64,000 nucleotides of DNA, taken from Thermoanaerobaculia bacterium. GTDB lineage: Bacteria > Acidobacteriota > Thermoanaerobaculia > Multivoradales > Multivoraceae. Each line of letters opens with the position of its first letter. Positions within the stretch are counted from its first letter, which is position 1. The stretch is from assembly GCA_963664405.1 (NCBI GenBank), contig OY761158.1:192001-256000 (forward strand), written 5' to 3'. The notes under the pieces are model-generated. The model had not been told where the DNA came from. It did not search any database and saw only the letters and a program-made list of their open reading frames with translations. The position numbers and the translations under genes are program-made. Below are positions 1 through 10,800 of this stretch, piece by piece.

Positions 1-26
1 TAGGTTCCTGGCGCAAACGGCGAAGC

Positions 27-1232
27 TCATCGACGGAGCGCCTGTGCCGGGCTGAGTAGGCTCGCGCGACGCCCTGCCGAGCGCGCGGCAAGCAGAGTGA
101 GAAGAATTGTCGAGCCGACGATGACCGACAAATCCTCCACCGGACGGAGCAGGAAGGGTACGAAATCGACGATATAGACCTGTTCCGGCAGGGCGATGAG
201 TTGATAGCGATCGAGGGCCCAAGCGCTGACACAGCCCAGGGCTCCTCCGCCAAGAATGCCGGCGCCCGCCAGGATTCCACCCAGAATCATGAAGGTGCTT
301 CTCATCTGCTCAGGTGCCATCCCCAAGGTGCCGAGCGCCCCTAGCTCGCGACGCTTGTTGGCGATGATCATCGCCAGCGACGACACCAGAGTCTGCGAGG
401 CAACCAACACGATAAGAAAAACGCCAACGAACATCAACGTCTTCTCGAGCCGAAGCGCGAAAAAGAGCCCCCGATTGAGATCACGATAGCTGAGCACGCG
501 GGCTCCCTCGGGCAGGCGCTCTCTCAACCCCTCCGCAACCCGCTCCACTGCCGCCGTCGGCAGATCGATATCGAGACGTCGATCGGTCCCCCAAAGCATC
601 CCTTCTGCAGTCGCCAGGGGTAGGGCGATCTGGGTCTGAACACTCTCCGACCGACCTGCCGAGAACACTCCTACCACCGCCAACTTACGATTGCTCGGCA
701 GCTGACGAGAGAAGGGCGTCATGGTCGGCCGAGGCGAAACGATGCGAACGCTCTCGCCAACAGTGAGGCCCCAACGCAGAGCGAGAGAGTCTGCGATGAA
801 GAGCCCGGTCAAGGGCTGGCCCGCCGCTCCCGGAAACCATCTCGGCACCTCCCTCTCCAGCCCATAGAGCCGACAACCCTGGAGTCGTCCCTGATCTTCG
901 ACCCAACCGCTACCCTCGAGAATGACCTGGGCTGAGCGCACTTCTTCATGGTCGAGCGCAGCCTGACGGACGCTCTCGACGTCGACGCCTGGCGGAATCT
1001 CCACTTGAAGTAATGGGCTCCGTGCCAAGACTCCCTCGAGCAGAGTCGCTTGAAACCCGGAGAGTGCCGACACCGCCAGGATGAGGGCCGCGACTCCGAG
1101 ACCGATGCCCCCGGCGGTAATCGTCGAGAGAAAACGGACACTCGCATCCTTTCGGGTGGATCGCGCGTAACGCAGGGCCAACAATAGGGGTACCGGCAGG
1201 TTCCAGAACCAGAGCGATCGAGGGCGTGGCAC
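27..1232 (-). CDS. LolC/E-family lipoprotein-releasing ABC permease
   Basis: N-terminal TM 'GIGLGVAALILAVSALSGFQ', periplasmic domain, 'LFFALRLEK' and three C-terminal TMs ending 'PAQALRR'. Confidence 0.85.
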   Translation of the reverse strand: MPRPRSLWFWNLPVPLLLALRYARSTRKDASVRFLSTITAGGIGLGVAALILAVSALSGFQATLLEGVLARSPLLQVEIPPGVDVESVRQAALDHEEVRSAQVILEGSGWVEDQGRLQGCRLYGLEREVPRWFPGAAGQPLTGLFIADSLALRWGLTVGESVRIVSPRPTMTPFSRQLPSNRKLAVVGVFSAGRSESVQTQIALPLATAEGMLWGTDRRLDIDLPTAAVERVAEGLRERLPEGARVLSYRDLNRGLFFALRLEKTLMFVGVFLIVLVASQTLVSSLAMIIANKRRELGALGTLGMAPEQMRSTFMILGGILAGAGILGGGALGCVSAWALDRYQLIALPEQVYIVDFVPFLLRPVEDLSVIVGSTILLTLLAARSAGRRASLLSPAQALRR

Positions 1233-1290
1233 GCTCAGACCCTACCGCAGAAAGGGGGCCGGGCCGCGCCCGATCCTGGTTCGTTCACCG

Positions 1291-1296
1291 TAGAAT
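1291..1296 (+). promoter_or_regulatory. -10 box TAGAAT, probable leaderless transcript of PNP
   Basis: TAGAAT 7 nt before ATG 1304, no SD. Confidence 0.5.
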
Positions 1297-1303
1297 AACG
1301 CCA

Positions 1304-2143
1304 ATGAACCCGCTCGCTGAGGAGCTCGAAACCGCCGTCCGCGACTGGGATGAGCGCGGTTGGCCTCGCCCCAATGCCGTCGTCGTCACCGGCTCGGCCA
1401 TCGAGGTAGACCTGGGAGAGCCCGTCGTTCCGGCATGCTCACTCGCCGAGATTCTTCCCTTCGAGATTCACGCCGTCGAGGGTCACACTCTCTCTGTCGA
1501 GCTCTATCGCCCACTGGAGAACCGCGTGACTATGTACCTTCGCGGCCGCCTCCACTGCTACCAAGGCTTCAACCCTCATCAGGTCGTCTTCGCACCAAGG
1601 CTCGGGGCCCTCCTCGGTGCGCAGACTCTGGTTCAGACCAACGCGGCCGGCTCACTCCGCCGAGACGTCGGTCCCGGCCGATTGGTGGCGATCCGAGATC
1701 ACATCAACCTGACCGGACTGAGTCCCCTGGTCGGAGAGCTCCCAGAGAGCTGGGGGCCTCGCTTCCCGCCCATGAACGAAGCTTACGCGGCGGATCTCAT
1801 CGAGATCGCCGCCGAGTGCGCACAGAAGGCCGGCCTCGACCTCGATCAGGGTGTCTACTCTTGGTTTCTCGGTCCCAGCTACGAGACTCCGGCCGAGATC
1901 CAGATGGCACAGCGTCTCGGCGCCGACCTGGTTGGGATGTCAACGGTCCCGGAGGTGATCGCGGCAAGGCAGATGGGTATGCGCTGCCTGGCGCTCTCAG
2001 TGGTCACCAATCTGGCTGCCGGGCTCTCCTCACGAGCTCCCAGCCATCAGGAAGTGGTGGCTGAAGGAGAGCGGGCGGCGGCAAGAATGCAGACTCTTCT
2101 GGGCGCTCTCGTCCGCCACCCCGATCTCTGCCCCCGGCGCTAG
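1304..2143 (+). CDS. Purine-nucleoside phosphorylase (PNP/MTAP family 2)
   Basis: Motifs GRLH.Y.G, TNAAG, DHINL, GPSYETPAE, GMSTVPE, VTNLA; start set at ATG 1304. Confidence 0.9.
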   Translation: MNPLAEELETAVRDWDERGWPRPNAVVVTGSAIEVDLGEPVVPACSLAEILPFEIHAVEGHTLSVELYRPLENRVTMYLRGRLHCYQGFNPHQVVFAPRLGALLGAQTLVQTNAAGSLRRDVGPGRLVAIRDHINLTGLSPLVGELPESWGPRFPPMNEAYAADLIEIAAECAQKAGLDLDQGVYSWFLGPSYETPAEIQMAQRLGADLVGMSTVPEVIAARQMGMRCLALSVVTNLAAGLSSRAPSHQEVVAEGERAAARMQTLLGALVRHPDLCPRR

Positions 2144-2184
2144 GAAGGTGTCCGAGTATTCGGCCTGAGCCGTTTTCCGGAGCG
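2140..2184 (+). repeat. Degenerate, internally deleted copy of repeat family B
   Basis: ctaggaaggtgtccgagtattcgg...ccgttttccgg resembles both ends of the 41496-41586 copy; begins at the PNP TAG stop. Confidence 0.5.
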
Positions 2185-2230
2185 AATAGGAAGCAATGCC
2201 CTAGTGCGCCGTCCTCGGCGCCAGAAGAAA

Positions 2231-2270
2231 CTAGCTTTCGGAAATGATATTCATCATTTTCGAAAGCTAG
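2231..2270. repeat. 40-bp CTAG-bounded palindrome (possible bidirectional terminator or minimal mobile element)
   Basis: 18-bp arms (17 Watson-Crick + 1 G-T), loop ATTC; lies between convergent genes; contains the HAD stop codon. Confidence 0.8.
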
Positions 2271-2938
2271 CCAGGCAGGAGATCGAGGAGGCCGACCGCG
2301 GTCTTCAAGATGTAGGCTGCAGCCGTCGACTCGAGCTCACTGCGGGTACTCGTTCCGGTCAGCACGCCCACGGTATGGACCCCGGCGGCGCGCCCGGCCT
2401 CGATGTCGATACGCGAGTCGCCGACGTAGGCAGCATCGGCGGGATCGAGGTCGAGCTTCTCGAGGCAACGAAGGACACTCTCCGGATGTGGCTTTCGTCG
2501 TTCCACATCTTCTCGCCCCACAATCGCATCAAAACACGGCCGGACGCCCCAGCGCTCGAGATGAGGCAAAGCTCGACCGGAGGATGTTGCGATCCCCAAT
2601 CGCACTCCACGGGCGCGCAGCCCATGAACCATACCGACGCAACCCGGAATGGGCTCGATGCTCTCGATCCCTCGCCGCCACATCGGCCCCCGCGTGCGCC
2701 GGATGCGCGAGAGGGTAGCTTCTACGTCCGGGTAGTCTGCTGGGAGCAGCTTTCGAAGCAGATCAGGATCACCACTTCCCATGAGCTCGCAAACCCGCTC
2801 TCGCGATGGGCAGGGGGCCTCCGCGAGCTCGGCGACCTCGCAGGCAATTCGGTAGTAGTACTGAATCGAATCCGCCAGCGTACCGTCCATGTCGAAGATG
2901 ACTCCGCGGACTCGCAGCTGAGAAGACTGCCTCGTCAT
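2267..2938 (-). CDS. HAD-family phosphatase (phosphoglycolate phosphatase-like)
   Basis: FDMDGTL, ATSS, KPHP and VGDS..DI motifs; start set at MTRQ. Confidence 0.9.
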   Translation of the reverse strand: MTRQSSQLRVRGVIFDMDGTLADSIQYYYRIACEVAELAEAPCPSRERVCELMGSGDPDLLRKLLPADYPDVEATLSRIRRTRGPMWRRGIESIEPIPGCVGMVHGLRARGVRLGIATSSGRALPHLERWGVRPCFDAIVGREDVERRKPHPESVLRCLEKLDLDPADAAYVGDSRIDIEAGRAAGVHTVGVLTGTSTRSELESTAAAYILKTAVGLLDLLPG

Positions 2939-3066
2939 CGCCTCACCGCGGCCGCCGCAAACAACATGGACGTGAGCATACCGATCACAAGACTCTTGCC
3001 CAAGGCGTCTCAGCGCCTCAACCCTTCTTCGGCACAGAGGGAGCGCCACCCGCCATTGCTGCGATC

Positions 3067-6000
3067 TCAGGGCTTTCGGTCGACGAGGGTGTACACCGCG
3101 GGGATTACCAAGAGCGTCAATAGAGTGGAAGTCAGTAAGCCGCCGATCACGGTGAGAGCCATCGGAGTGCGCAGCTCGCTGCCCTCTCCAAGACCGATCG
3201 CCATCGGCAAGAGACCGAGAACCGTCGTGGCCGTCGTCATCAGGATCGGCCTCAAACGCACCTGGCCGGCCTGTTTCAGCGCCTCGATCTTGGCGAGCCC
3301 ACTGCGTCGCAGCTGATTGGTGTAGTCCACCAGAATGATCGCGTTGTTGACCACGATGCCGGCCAGGAGTATCGCTCCGATCATCACCACCACACTGACC
3401 CTGACCTCAAAGAGATAGAGAGTGAGGAGGACTCCGATGAGCGAGAAGGGAACGCTGAACAGGATCACCAGAGGGTGAATCAAGGATTCGAACTGGGATG
3501 CCATCACCAGATAGACCATGAACACCGCCAGTACGATCGCCAGCCGCATCGAATCGAAGGAGGTCTCCATTTCCTGGCGCTGGCCGCCGAGCTCCCAGTC
3601 GAAGCCTAGAGGGAGGTCCAGGCCCCGTAGTACCTCTTCAATGTCCTCTGATGCGGATCCCAGGTCTCGACCGATGAGATTGGCGGTGATCAGCGCGACC
3701 CGGGTTCCTTCGGCACGCCGTATCTCCGCCGGACCCTCGGTCTCCTCTACTTCCGCGACTGCCGCCAGTGGAATCGCAGTCGTCGAGCCACTATTGATAT
3801 TGAGATTGCGCAGGTCGCGGACGCTGTCGCGAAAACGCTCCTCGGCGCGGAGACGGATGTCGATCGTGCGGTCATCCCTGGTGATATCCGTCACTACCTC
3901 GCCCTGGACCTTAGCCCTGATCAGCTCAGCGACTTCGCTGACATTCATGCCGAGGGCAGCCAACCGGTCGCGGTTGAAGCGAATCTGCAGCTCGGGATTA
4001 CCGCCCTCGGTAGACGACTTGACATCTGTCAAACCGGAGATTTTCTGCATCTGGGTGACGGCCTGAGCAGCGAGGCGCTCGAGGAGCTTGAGGTTGTAGC
4101 CCTGGATCTCGACCTCTATGGGGGTCCTGAAGCTGAAATAGGACGGACGGCCAAAGCGATACTTGAGCGCGGCGCCGGGTGCGGAAGCAGAGAAACCGGC
4201 AGTCGACGGGTCGATCGCATCTTTGGCGGCAAACTCGGCGGTGCGACGGAGGCGCTCCGCCTCCTGGTCCAAGCGTGCGCGCAGCTCCTCGATCACTTCT
4301 TCTTCACGCTCGCGAGAGAGTGGCGGAACCAGACGTACCGTCATCTGCGCAATATTCTCGCGCAGCTCTCCAGACACACCACCCTGCTCGTTCGACGTAC
4401 CGACGATGCTGTAGACGACTTCGACATCGTCCAAGCCGCGGGCAAAGCGCTCGATGTCGGCCATCACTGATTGAGTCACCTCCAACTGCGTTCCCGGAGG
4501 CAATTCGGTATCGACAAAGAACTCGCCCTGGATCAGCTCGGGGATGAGCTCGGTGCCGAGTTTCGGGTACAGAGTCAGGGTCCCTGCAAAAATCGCCAGG
4601 GTCACGAAGACCAGAAGCGCGGGCGCCTTGAATACCGCAGAAAGAGCTCCGACGTAGATCTTGGTCAGGCCGACGAGCCCGAAGTCGAAGACGGCCAAAA
4701 TGGGGCGCAGAAGCAGCGACATGAGATTTCCGACCGCTTGGACAACGAGCTTGATGAGCTTGACCGGAGCCAAGACGACATAGAACACGAGGTCCCCCAG
4801 CTTTGAAAAGAGGGGCTGCAAACGTCCCTGCGGTCCGTCGCTCTCCTCGCTCTCCTCGGCGGAAGGGTCGAAGTGGCGCGAAGCGAGCATAGGTATGGTC
4901 GTCAAGGCGACGAAGAGCGAGACCAGAAGGGAGAAAGTCACCGTCATGGCCTGATCGCCAAAGAGCTGACCCGCAATACCCTCGACAAACACGATGGGTA
5001 CGAAGACGCAGACCGTCGTCAGAGTCGAGGCAATGACGGCCGAACCGACCTCGCTGGCGCCGTTGTGTGCCGCCTGAAGCTCCGACTGACCCTCGTCCCG
5101 CTTTCGCTGGATCGCCTCGAGAACCACGATCGAGTTGTCGACAAGCAAGCCTATGCCGAGTGTCAGCCCGCCGAGAGACATGATGTTGAGCGAGATGCCG
5201 AAGCTGAACATGAGGAAGAACGTGGCCACTACCGACACGGGAATCGAGATGCCGATGATCGCGGTGGTCTTGACGCTGCGTAGGAAGAGATAGAGGACGA
5301 AAATGGCGAGGCTGCCTCCGATGACGGCCGTCCGGAGCACCTCTTCGACCGACTGCCGGATGTAGCCGGCCTGATCCGTAACCTTCTCGAGGCGGAGGTT
5401 CGGATTTACTTTGACCAACTCTTCCCGTAGCTCGTCGAGGGTTTCGAGAACCTCGTTAGCCACGGTAACGGTATTGGTGCCGCCCTCCTTGAAGATCGCG
5501 ACTTCCACCGTCTCCTTGCCGTCGATGCGAGTGATGATCTCGCGCTCTTTACTCCCCTTGTAGACCCTGGCGACATCGGAGACTCGAATGATCGCGCCCT
5601 GCGAGCGATCCAAGACGATGTCGTTCATATCCTCGGCGCGCAGGAACTCATTGATCGTGCGTACCAGGTACTCGGTCTGGCCGTCGCGAAGGCGGCCGCC
5701 GGTGAGGTTGACGTTCTCCTGTGCCAAGCGGCCGATCACCTGCTGCACACTGAGTCCCAGATTGGCCAGACGGCGCTCGTCGATCTCGACCTGAATCTCC
5801 TCTTCGAGTCCGCCGGAGACGATCACCGCGGCGACACCCTCGATGCGCTCGAGCTTGCGCTTCACGTCTTCTTCCGCGACCAGACGTAGGCGCACGAGAT
5901 CATCGTCTCCAAACAGTCCGATCCGCAAGATCGGGTCGAGCGAGGGGTCGTAGCGCAGCAGTATCGGCCGTTCCGCTTCCAAGGGGAGATTCACCAGATC

Positions 6001-6336
6001 GAGGCGCTCGCGAACATCGAGGGAGGCGAAGTCCATGTCGGTGCCCCAGGCGAACTCCAGCGTCACCTCGCTCATATCCGGGCGCGAGCTCGACGTCACC
6101 TTGACGACGTTGTTGACCACCCCCACCGCCTCTTCGATCCGTCGAGTGATCAGCCCCTCGACCTCGATCGGCGCGGCCCCTTCGTACTCGGTCCGCACCG
6201 AGAGCGACGGGTAGGTGATATCCGGCAACAGGTCGACGGCGAGATCGTCAAATGCCACCAGGCCGAAGACCACCGCCGCCAGCGCGAAGATGAAGACGGT
6301 GACCGGGCGCCGGATCGAAAAGTCTACGAGCTTCAC
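3067..6336 (-). CDS. RND efflux transporter, AcrB/SwrC-like (subunit 3)
   Basis: 1089 aa; GLLVDNSIVV, VNNAIILVD, RLRPILMT. Confidence 0.95.
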   Translation of the reverse strand: MKLVDFSIRRPVTVFIFALAAVVFGLVAFDDLAVDLLPDITYPSLSVRTEYEGAAPIEVEGLITRRIEEAVGVVNNVVKVTSSSRPDMSEVTLEFAWGTDMDFASLDVRERLDLVNLPLEAERPILLRYDPSLDPILRIGLFGDDDLVRLRLVAEEDVKRKLERIEGVAAVIVSGGLEEEIQVEIDERRLANLGLSVQQVIGRLAQENVNLTGGRLRDGQTEYLVRTINEFLRAEDMNDIVLDRSQGAIIRVSDVARVYKGSKEREIITRIDGKETVEVAIFKEGGTNTVTVANEVLETLDELREELVKVNPNLRLEKVTDQAGYIRQSVEEVLRTAVIGGSLAIFVLYLFLRSVKTTAIIGISIPVSVVATFFLMFSFGISLNIMSLGGLTLGIGLLVDNSIVVLEAIQRKRDEGQSELQAAHNGASEVGSAVIASTLTTVCVFVPIVFVEGIAGQLFGDQAMTVTFSLLVSLFVALTTIPMLASRHFDPSAEESEESDGPQGRLQPLFSKLGDLVFYVVLAPVKLIKLVVQAVGNLMSLLLRPILAVFDFGLVGLTKIYVGALSAVFKAPALLVFVTLAIFAGTLTLYPKLGTELIPELIQGEFFVDTELPPGTQLEVTQSVMADIERFARGLDDVEVVYSIVGTSNEQGGVSGELRENIAQMTVRLVPPLSREREEEVIEELRARLDQEAERLRRTAEFAAKDAIDPSTAGFSASAPGAALKYRFGRPSYFSFRTPIEVEIQGYNLKLLERLAAQAVTQMQKISGLTDVKSSTEGGNPELQIRFNRDRLAALGMNVSEVAELIRAKVQGEVVTDITRDDRTIDIRLRAEERFRDSVRDLRNLNINSGSTTAIPLAAVAEVEETEGPAEIRRAEGTRVALITANLIGRDLGSASEDIEEVLRGLDLPLGFDWELGGQRQEMETSFDSMRLAIVLAVFMVYLVMASQFESLIHPLVILFSVPFSLIGVLLTLYLFEVRVSVVVMIGAILLAGIVVNNAIILVDYTNQLRRSGLAKIEALKQAGQVRLRPILMTTATTVLGLLPMAIGLGEGSELRTPMALTVIGGLLTSTLLTLLVIPAVYTLVDRKP

Positions 6337-7844
6337 GAGCCGGGACGCCCGCCGCCCCCGCCACGGCCACCGCCGCCGAAGGGGCTCTCACCGTTCTTGA
6401 TCTGTTCGATACGCTTTGCGATCTCTTCGTCCGAGAGACCTTGACCGCGCATCCGCTCCGTCATCCGCTCGATCATCTCCGGGGTCATCTGAGAGGGATC
6501 GAAGCCGCCTCCCCCGGGTCCTCCCGGGCCTCCACCCGGGCCTCGTTCACCGGCTGCGGCGCCTGCCCTTCGCTCCGGGGCCCCGCCGGCAGGAACCTCG
6601 CTCGACTCGGACCGCCCTCCTGGTCGACCCTGTCCCCCACTTCCCTGCCCGCGGCCACCGCTCGGGGAACCGCCGCCGGGCCCGGGCGGCGCCGAACTCG
6701 CCTGCTCGGAAAGGATGTAGATCGGCGTGCCATCGCTCAGGCTATCCTGTCCGAGGACCACGACCTGATCCCCCTCCTCTAAACCCTCGAGCACTTCGAC
6801 CATCTCTGCCTCGCTGTAGCCCAGTCGGACTTCGCGTCGCTCGGCGACCTCGCCCGACTTCACGTACACCGTGTCGCCGATACTCTCCAGGACGAGAGCC
6901 GACTTGGGAATCGCCAGAGCATCGGCACGCCGATCGGTCTCGAGAAAGACGCTGGCGAACATGCCGGGCCGTAGCTTGCTGCGGGTCTCTACCTCGAGGG
7001 TTACCTTCACGGTCCCAGTGGCACTATCGACGACCGGACTGATCCGCAGCACGGAGGCGTCGAAGCGTTCTTCCGGAAAGGCTTCGACGGTCAAATAGGA
7101 AGGCTGCCCGACCGCTAGGCGGGCAAGATCCTTCTCGGGCACCTGAATCGGCGTTTGGAGGGGATTGAAGTCCGAGATCCGAAAGAGCGGAGCCCCGTTC
7201 TGCAGGTGCTCGGCGAATTTGATGTAACGATTGACGATCACACCTCGGAAGGGCGCCTTGATGTCGGTGTACCCGAGCTGGACCTGATCCTCCTCCACTT
7301 GCGCCTGCGCCGCGTCGAAATTCGACTTCGCCTGATCATAGAGCTCGCGGCTCAGGATCTCGCTCTCGACCTGGGCCTTCGCCCGCTCGTAGGAAAGCTT
7401 GGCATCTTCGAGGTTGACCTCGGAAATGCGCAGACGAGCTCGAATCTCGTTGGGGTCGATGCGGGCGAGCAATTGCCCCTCCTGCACCAGCATCCCCTCT
7501 TCGACCAGAAGCTCGACGATCGGGCCACTGATTCGCGCTACCAGATCGACCTCGTTCTCCGCTTCGACGGTTCCATTGGTCTCCAGAAACTGGGCGACGA
7601 CCTGGCGCGTCGCAGCGAAAACCTCGACCGGAACGGCCGTGGCCGGGGTCTGCCCGCCGCCCCCGAAGCCCCCGCCAGGCCCTCCGCGGCCTCCGCCGCG
7701 TCCACCCCCGCCTCCGGGCCTCCCGCCGGGGGCGTCCGCATCGGCGGCTTCCGAATCACCGCCAAAGAATCCACATCCCACCATCGGTAGGGTCAGAATC
7801 AATACACTGCAGAGCGTGAGCTCGCTTGTTTTCTTCATCTTCAT
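6333..7844 (-). CDS. RND periplasmic adaptor (MFP), lipoprotein with Gly-rich extensions
   Basis: Lipobox-like LPMVGC; biotinyl-lipoyl-like 'GPIVELLVEEG', 'IKAPFRGVI', 'LRPGMFA'; ATGA overlap with upstream stop. Confidence 0.92.
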   Translation of the reverse strand: MKMKKTSELTLCSVLILTLPMVGCGFFGGDSEAADADAPGGRPGGGGGRGGGRGGPGGGFGGGGQTPATAVPVEVFAATRQVVAQFLETNGTVEAENEVDLVARISGPIVELLVEEGMLVQEGQLLARIDPNEIRARLRISEVNLEDAKLSYERAKAQVESEILSRELYDQAKSNFDAAQAQVEEDQVQLGYTDIKAPFRGVIVNRYIKFAEHLQNGAPLFRISDFNPLQTPIQVPEKDLARLAVGQPSYLTVEAFPEERFDASVLRISPVVDSATGTVKVTLEVETRSKLRPGMFASVFLETDRRADALAIPKSALVLESIGDTVYVKSGEVAERREVRLGYSEAEMVEVLEGLEEGDQVVVLGQDSLSDGTPIYILSEQASSAPPGPGGGSPSGGRGQGSGGQGRPGGRSESSEVPAGGAPERRAGAAAGERGPGGGPGGPGGGGFDPSQMTPEMIERMTERMRGQGLSDEEIAKRIEQIKNGESPFGGGGRGGGGGRPGS

Positions 7845-10800
7845 GCTGCTCTCACCAATCGCTTCATAAAAAGCATTGCGTCGTCGATCAGAGAATAGAT
7901 CGTCGGAATAATCATCAAGGTCAAGAAAGTCGAGGTGGTCAATCCACCGAGGATGATCAGGCCTATCGGCGCCCAAGTCGCGGCTCGACCCTCCATGTGC
8001 CCGAATACGCCGGGTAGGAAGTAAGGCGCCACCATCGGTGAAAGACCGAGAATCGTGGTCACCGCGGTCATCACGATCGGCCGGAGACGGTTGCGGCCCC
8101 CTTGGACAATGGCCTCCGTGCGTCCCAGCCCCGTCTTGCGGAGGTGGTTGACATGGTCGATGAGGACAATGGCGTTGTTGACCACGATTCCGGCCAGAAT
8201 GATCAACCCCATCTCGCTCGAGTTACCCTTTGGCTGGTGTGCAAGCTTCATGATCACGCCGACGCCGATGAAGGCGAAGGGCACCGAGAAGAGAATAGTC
8301 AGGGGTTGGAGAAAGTTCTCGAACAGCGAGGCCATGATCATGTAGATCAGGGCCAAGGCGAAGAGCAAGGCGAAAGCGGAGTTCTGCTCTTCTTGCTGGG
8401 CGAATCGGAAGCTTCGGCCGAGGCTCCAACCGTAGCCTGGCGGTAGGCTGAGGTTGCCGAGAAAGCTGGAGACGATGCCCATCATCGCGAAGGAGGGGGT
8501 GTTGCCTCCGGTCTCCATCGTGATCGTCAGCTTGGAGCTGCGGTTCTCCCTGTCGATCGTCCTCGGGCCAGGAACCGTCTTGAAGCTGGCCAAACTGCCG
8601 ATCGGAAGCGACGCGTCCGCGGTGCGGATGTTCATTTTCTTTAGCTGGTCCAGCGTCTCGCGGTCCTCCTCGCGATACTGAACCACCATACCGATCTCCT
8701 TGTCTTCGCCCTTGAAGTAGGTCACGGGGCGGGTGGAGAGCGAGTTGTTGATGATGCGCGCGACAACCTCGCTTGAAAGCCCGACCTGGAGGGCCCGCTC
8801 ACGATTGACCTCTACGTGGATCTCTTCATCTCCACTCTCCAGCGAAGAGTCGACATCCTTGACAAAGGGCAGGTCGCGTAGACGCGTCATGAGCTCATCA
8901 CCCAGGTACTCGAGAATCGCGCCGTCGTCCCCGGAAAGCTCGATCTGCACGCCAGTCCTACTGCCACCGCGGGGTCCGCGCTGAGTGCGTCCGATCGTTG
9001 TCTTGACGCCTGCGATCACCGGCACCAAGGCCTCGATCCTCTCCTGCACTTCGAGAGTGGAAAGCTCCGCCTCTTCCTCCGGGGTAAGGAAGAACTCGAG
9101 GCGACTCCCCCCTCCCATGCGCGACATCTCGACGGCGCTCCCACGCTTGTAGCTGTAGGAGACATCTGCAATCTCGAGCTCTTCGCGATGACTGTCGAAG
9201 AGGTTGTAGAGCGTGGAGAAGAGCTCCTCCTTCTGTTCCACCGAGTAGTCGGTGGGAGTTCGAACCATCAGAGAGATCTGGCGCTCGAAAGACCGTTCCT
9301 CGATGGCCCGCCCGATGCCCTGGTAGAGATCGTAGGACCCCCAGAGCATAGCGATAACGATTAGGGAAAATGCCAGGCGATGGCGCAGCGTGAAGCCAAG
9401 CACTCCGCCATAAGCATCTACGACGCGATCGAAGAGTGGGTGCTCTCGATCCTTTCCACCCTTCAACAGGATCGCCGCGGTGGTTGGCACGATGGTCAGC
9501 GACACCAGTAGCGACGAGACCATGACGATCACCACCGTCAAGCCCATGCTCTTCATCTGATTGCTGAAAGGGTCGTTGCCACCGGAGAGAAAGATGAGAG
9601 GCACGAAGACACAGACCGTGGTCAGGGTCGAGCAGATAATGGGCATTGCCACTTCGCTCGCCCCTCTCAGCGCGGCAGTCTTCGCCTCTTCTCCCAGGGT
9701 CTGCCGATGCCGAACCACCGACTCGATGACGACAATCGAATTGTCGACGAGCATGCCGACTGCGAGCATGAGTCCCATCAGGCTCATCACGTTGAGGGTT
9801 ATATCGCCGAGCCCGGCCACGCGGTAGAGATACATGAAAACAAAAGTGAGCACCAACGAGAGTGGAATCGCCAGAGCCACCAGCAGGGTCATGCGGAGCC
9901 GGCGCAGAAATACGAGCATGAAAACAACGGCAAGGAAGCCACCGAAGATGCCCGTGTTACGCAACTGCTTCAGCCCCAGAGTCACGTCCTTGGACGCATC
10001 GTGGTAGACCTGGTAGCGCAGCCCCTGCGCCTCCGGGAGCTCCGCGATCGCCGCCATCTCCGCCTTGACCAGGTTGACCACCGCGAGCACGTTCGCGTTC
10101 GAAGCCTTGTTGATGCGAAATCCGAGCGATTCTTCACCGTTGACGTAGTTGTACTCTTCGCGCTCCGGATAGTCGTATTCGACAGTGGCAACATCGCCAA
10201 GCACCAGGCCGGCACCGTTCAGCGGTAGCTCCCGCAATGCCTCCACTCGATCGAGCTCACCGATGCTCCGTACCAGGAGCTTGCGACTCCCCTCACGAAT
10301 GTAACCGGCAGAGAGATTGACGTTGTTGATCTGTAGCAGGGTCACCAGATCCCGAACGCCGACACCGTGGGCCGCCATGCGAGAAGGAGACAGATTGACG
10401 TTGAGCTGGCGCGTCTGCAGCCCGCTCACCTCTACGAGAGCTATCCCCTCCAGGCGCTCGAGGCGACGCTGGATGACGTCTTCGGCGAATTCGTAGAGCC
10501 TCTCGTTCTCCCAATCCGCGGTGAGGTTGAAGCGCATGATCGGGATGTCCGAGCTCTGGAAGCGGCGGATGCGGATCTGCTCGAGGTCGTCAGGGAGGTC
10601 CTCCCGGACTCGATCGATACGATCGCGCACCTCTACCGTGGCCAGGTCCATCTCGGTACCCGCGACAAACTCGATATCGATCGAGGCCGCGTTGGCGGAC
10701 GCCCTTGCGGTCAGTCGCTCGATGCCGTTGATGGTGCCGAGGATGTCTTCCAGAGGTCTCACGATCTCGCGCTCGATCTCCTCCGGCGAGGACGAGTTGT

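Noticed and set aside
2204-3316. 370-aa plus-strand ORF
   Set aside because: Antisense to the HAD and RND genes and runs through a repeat.
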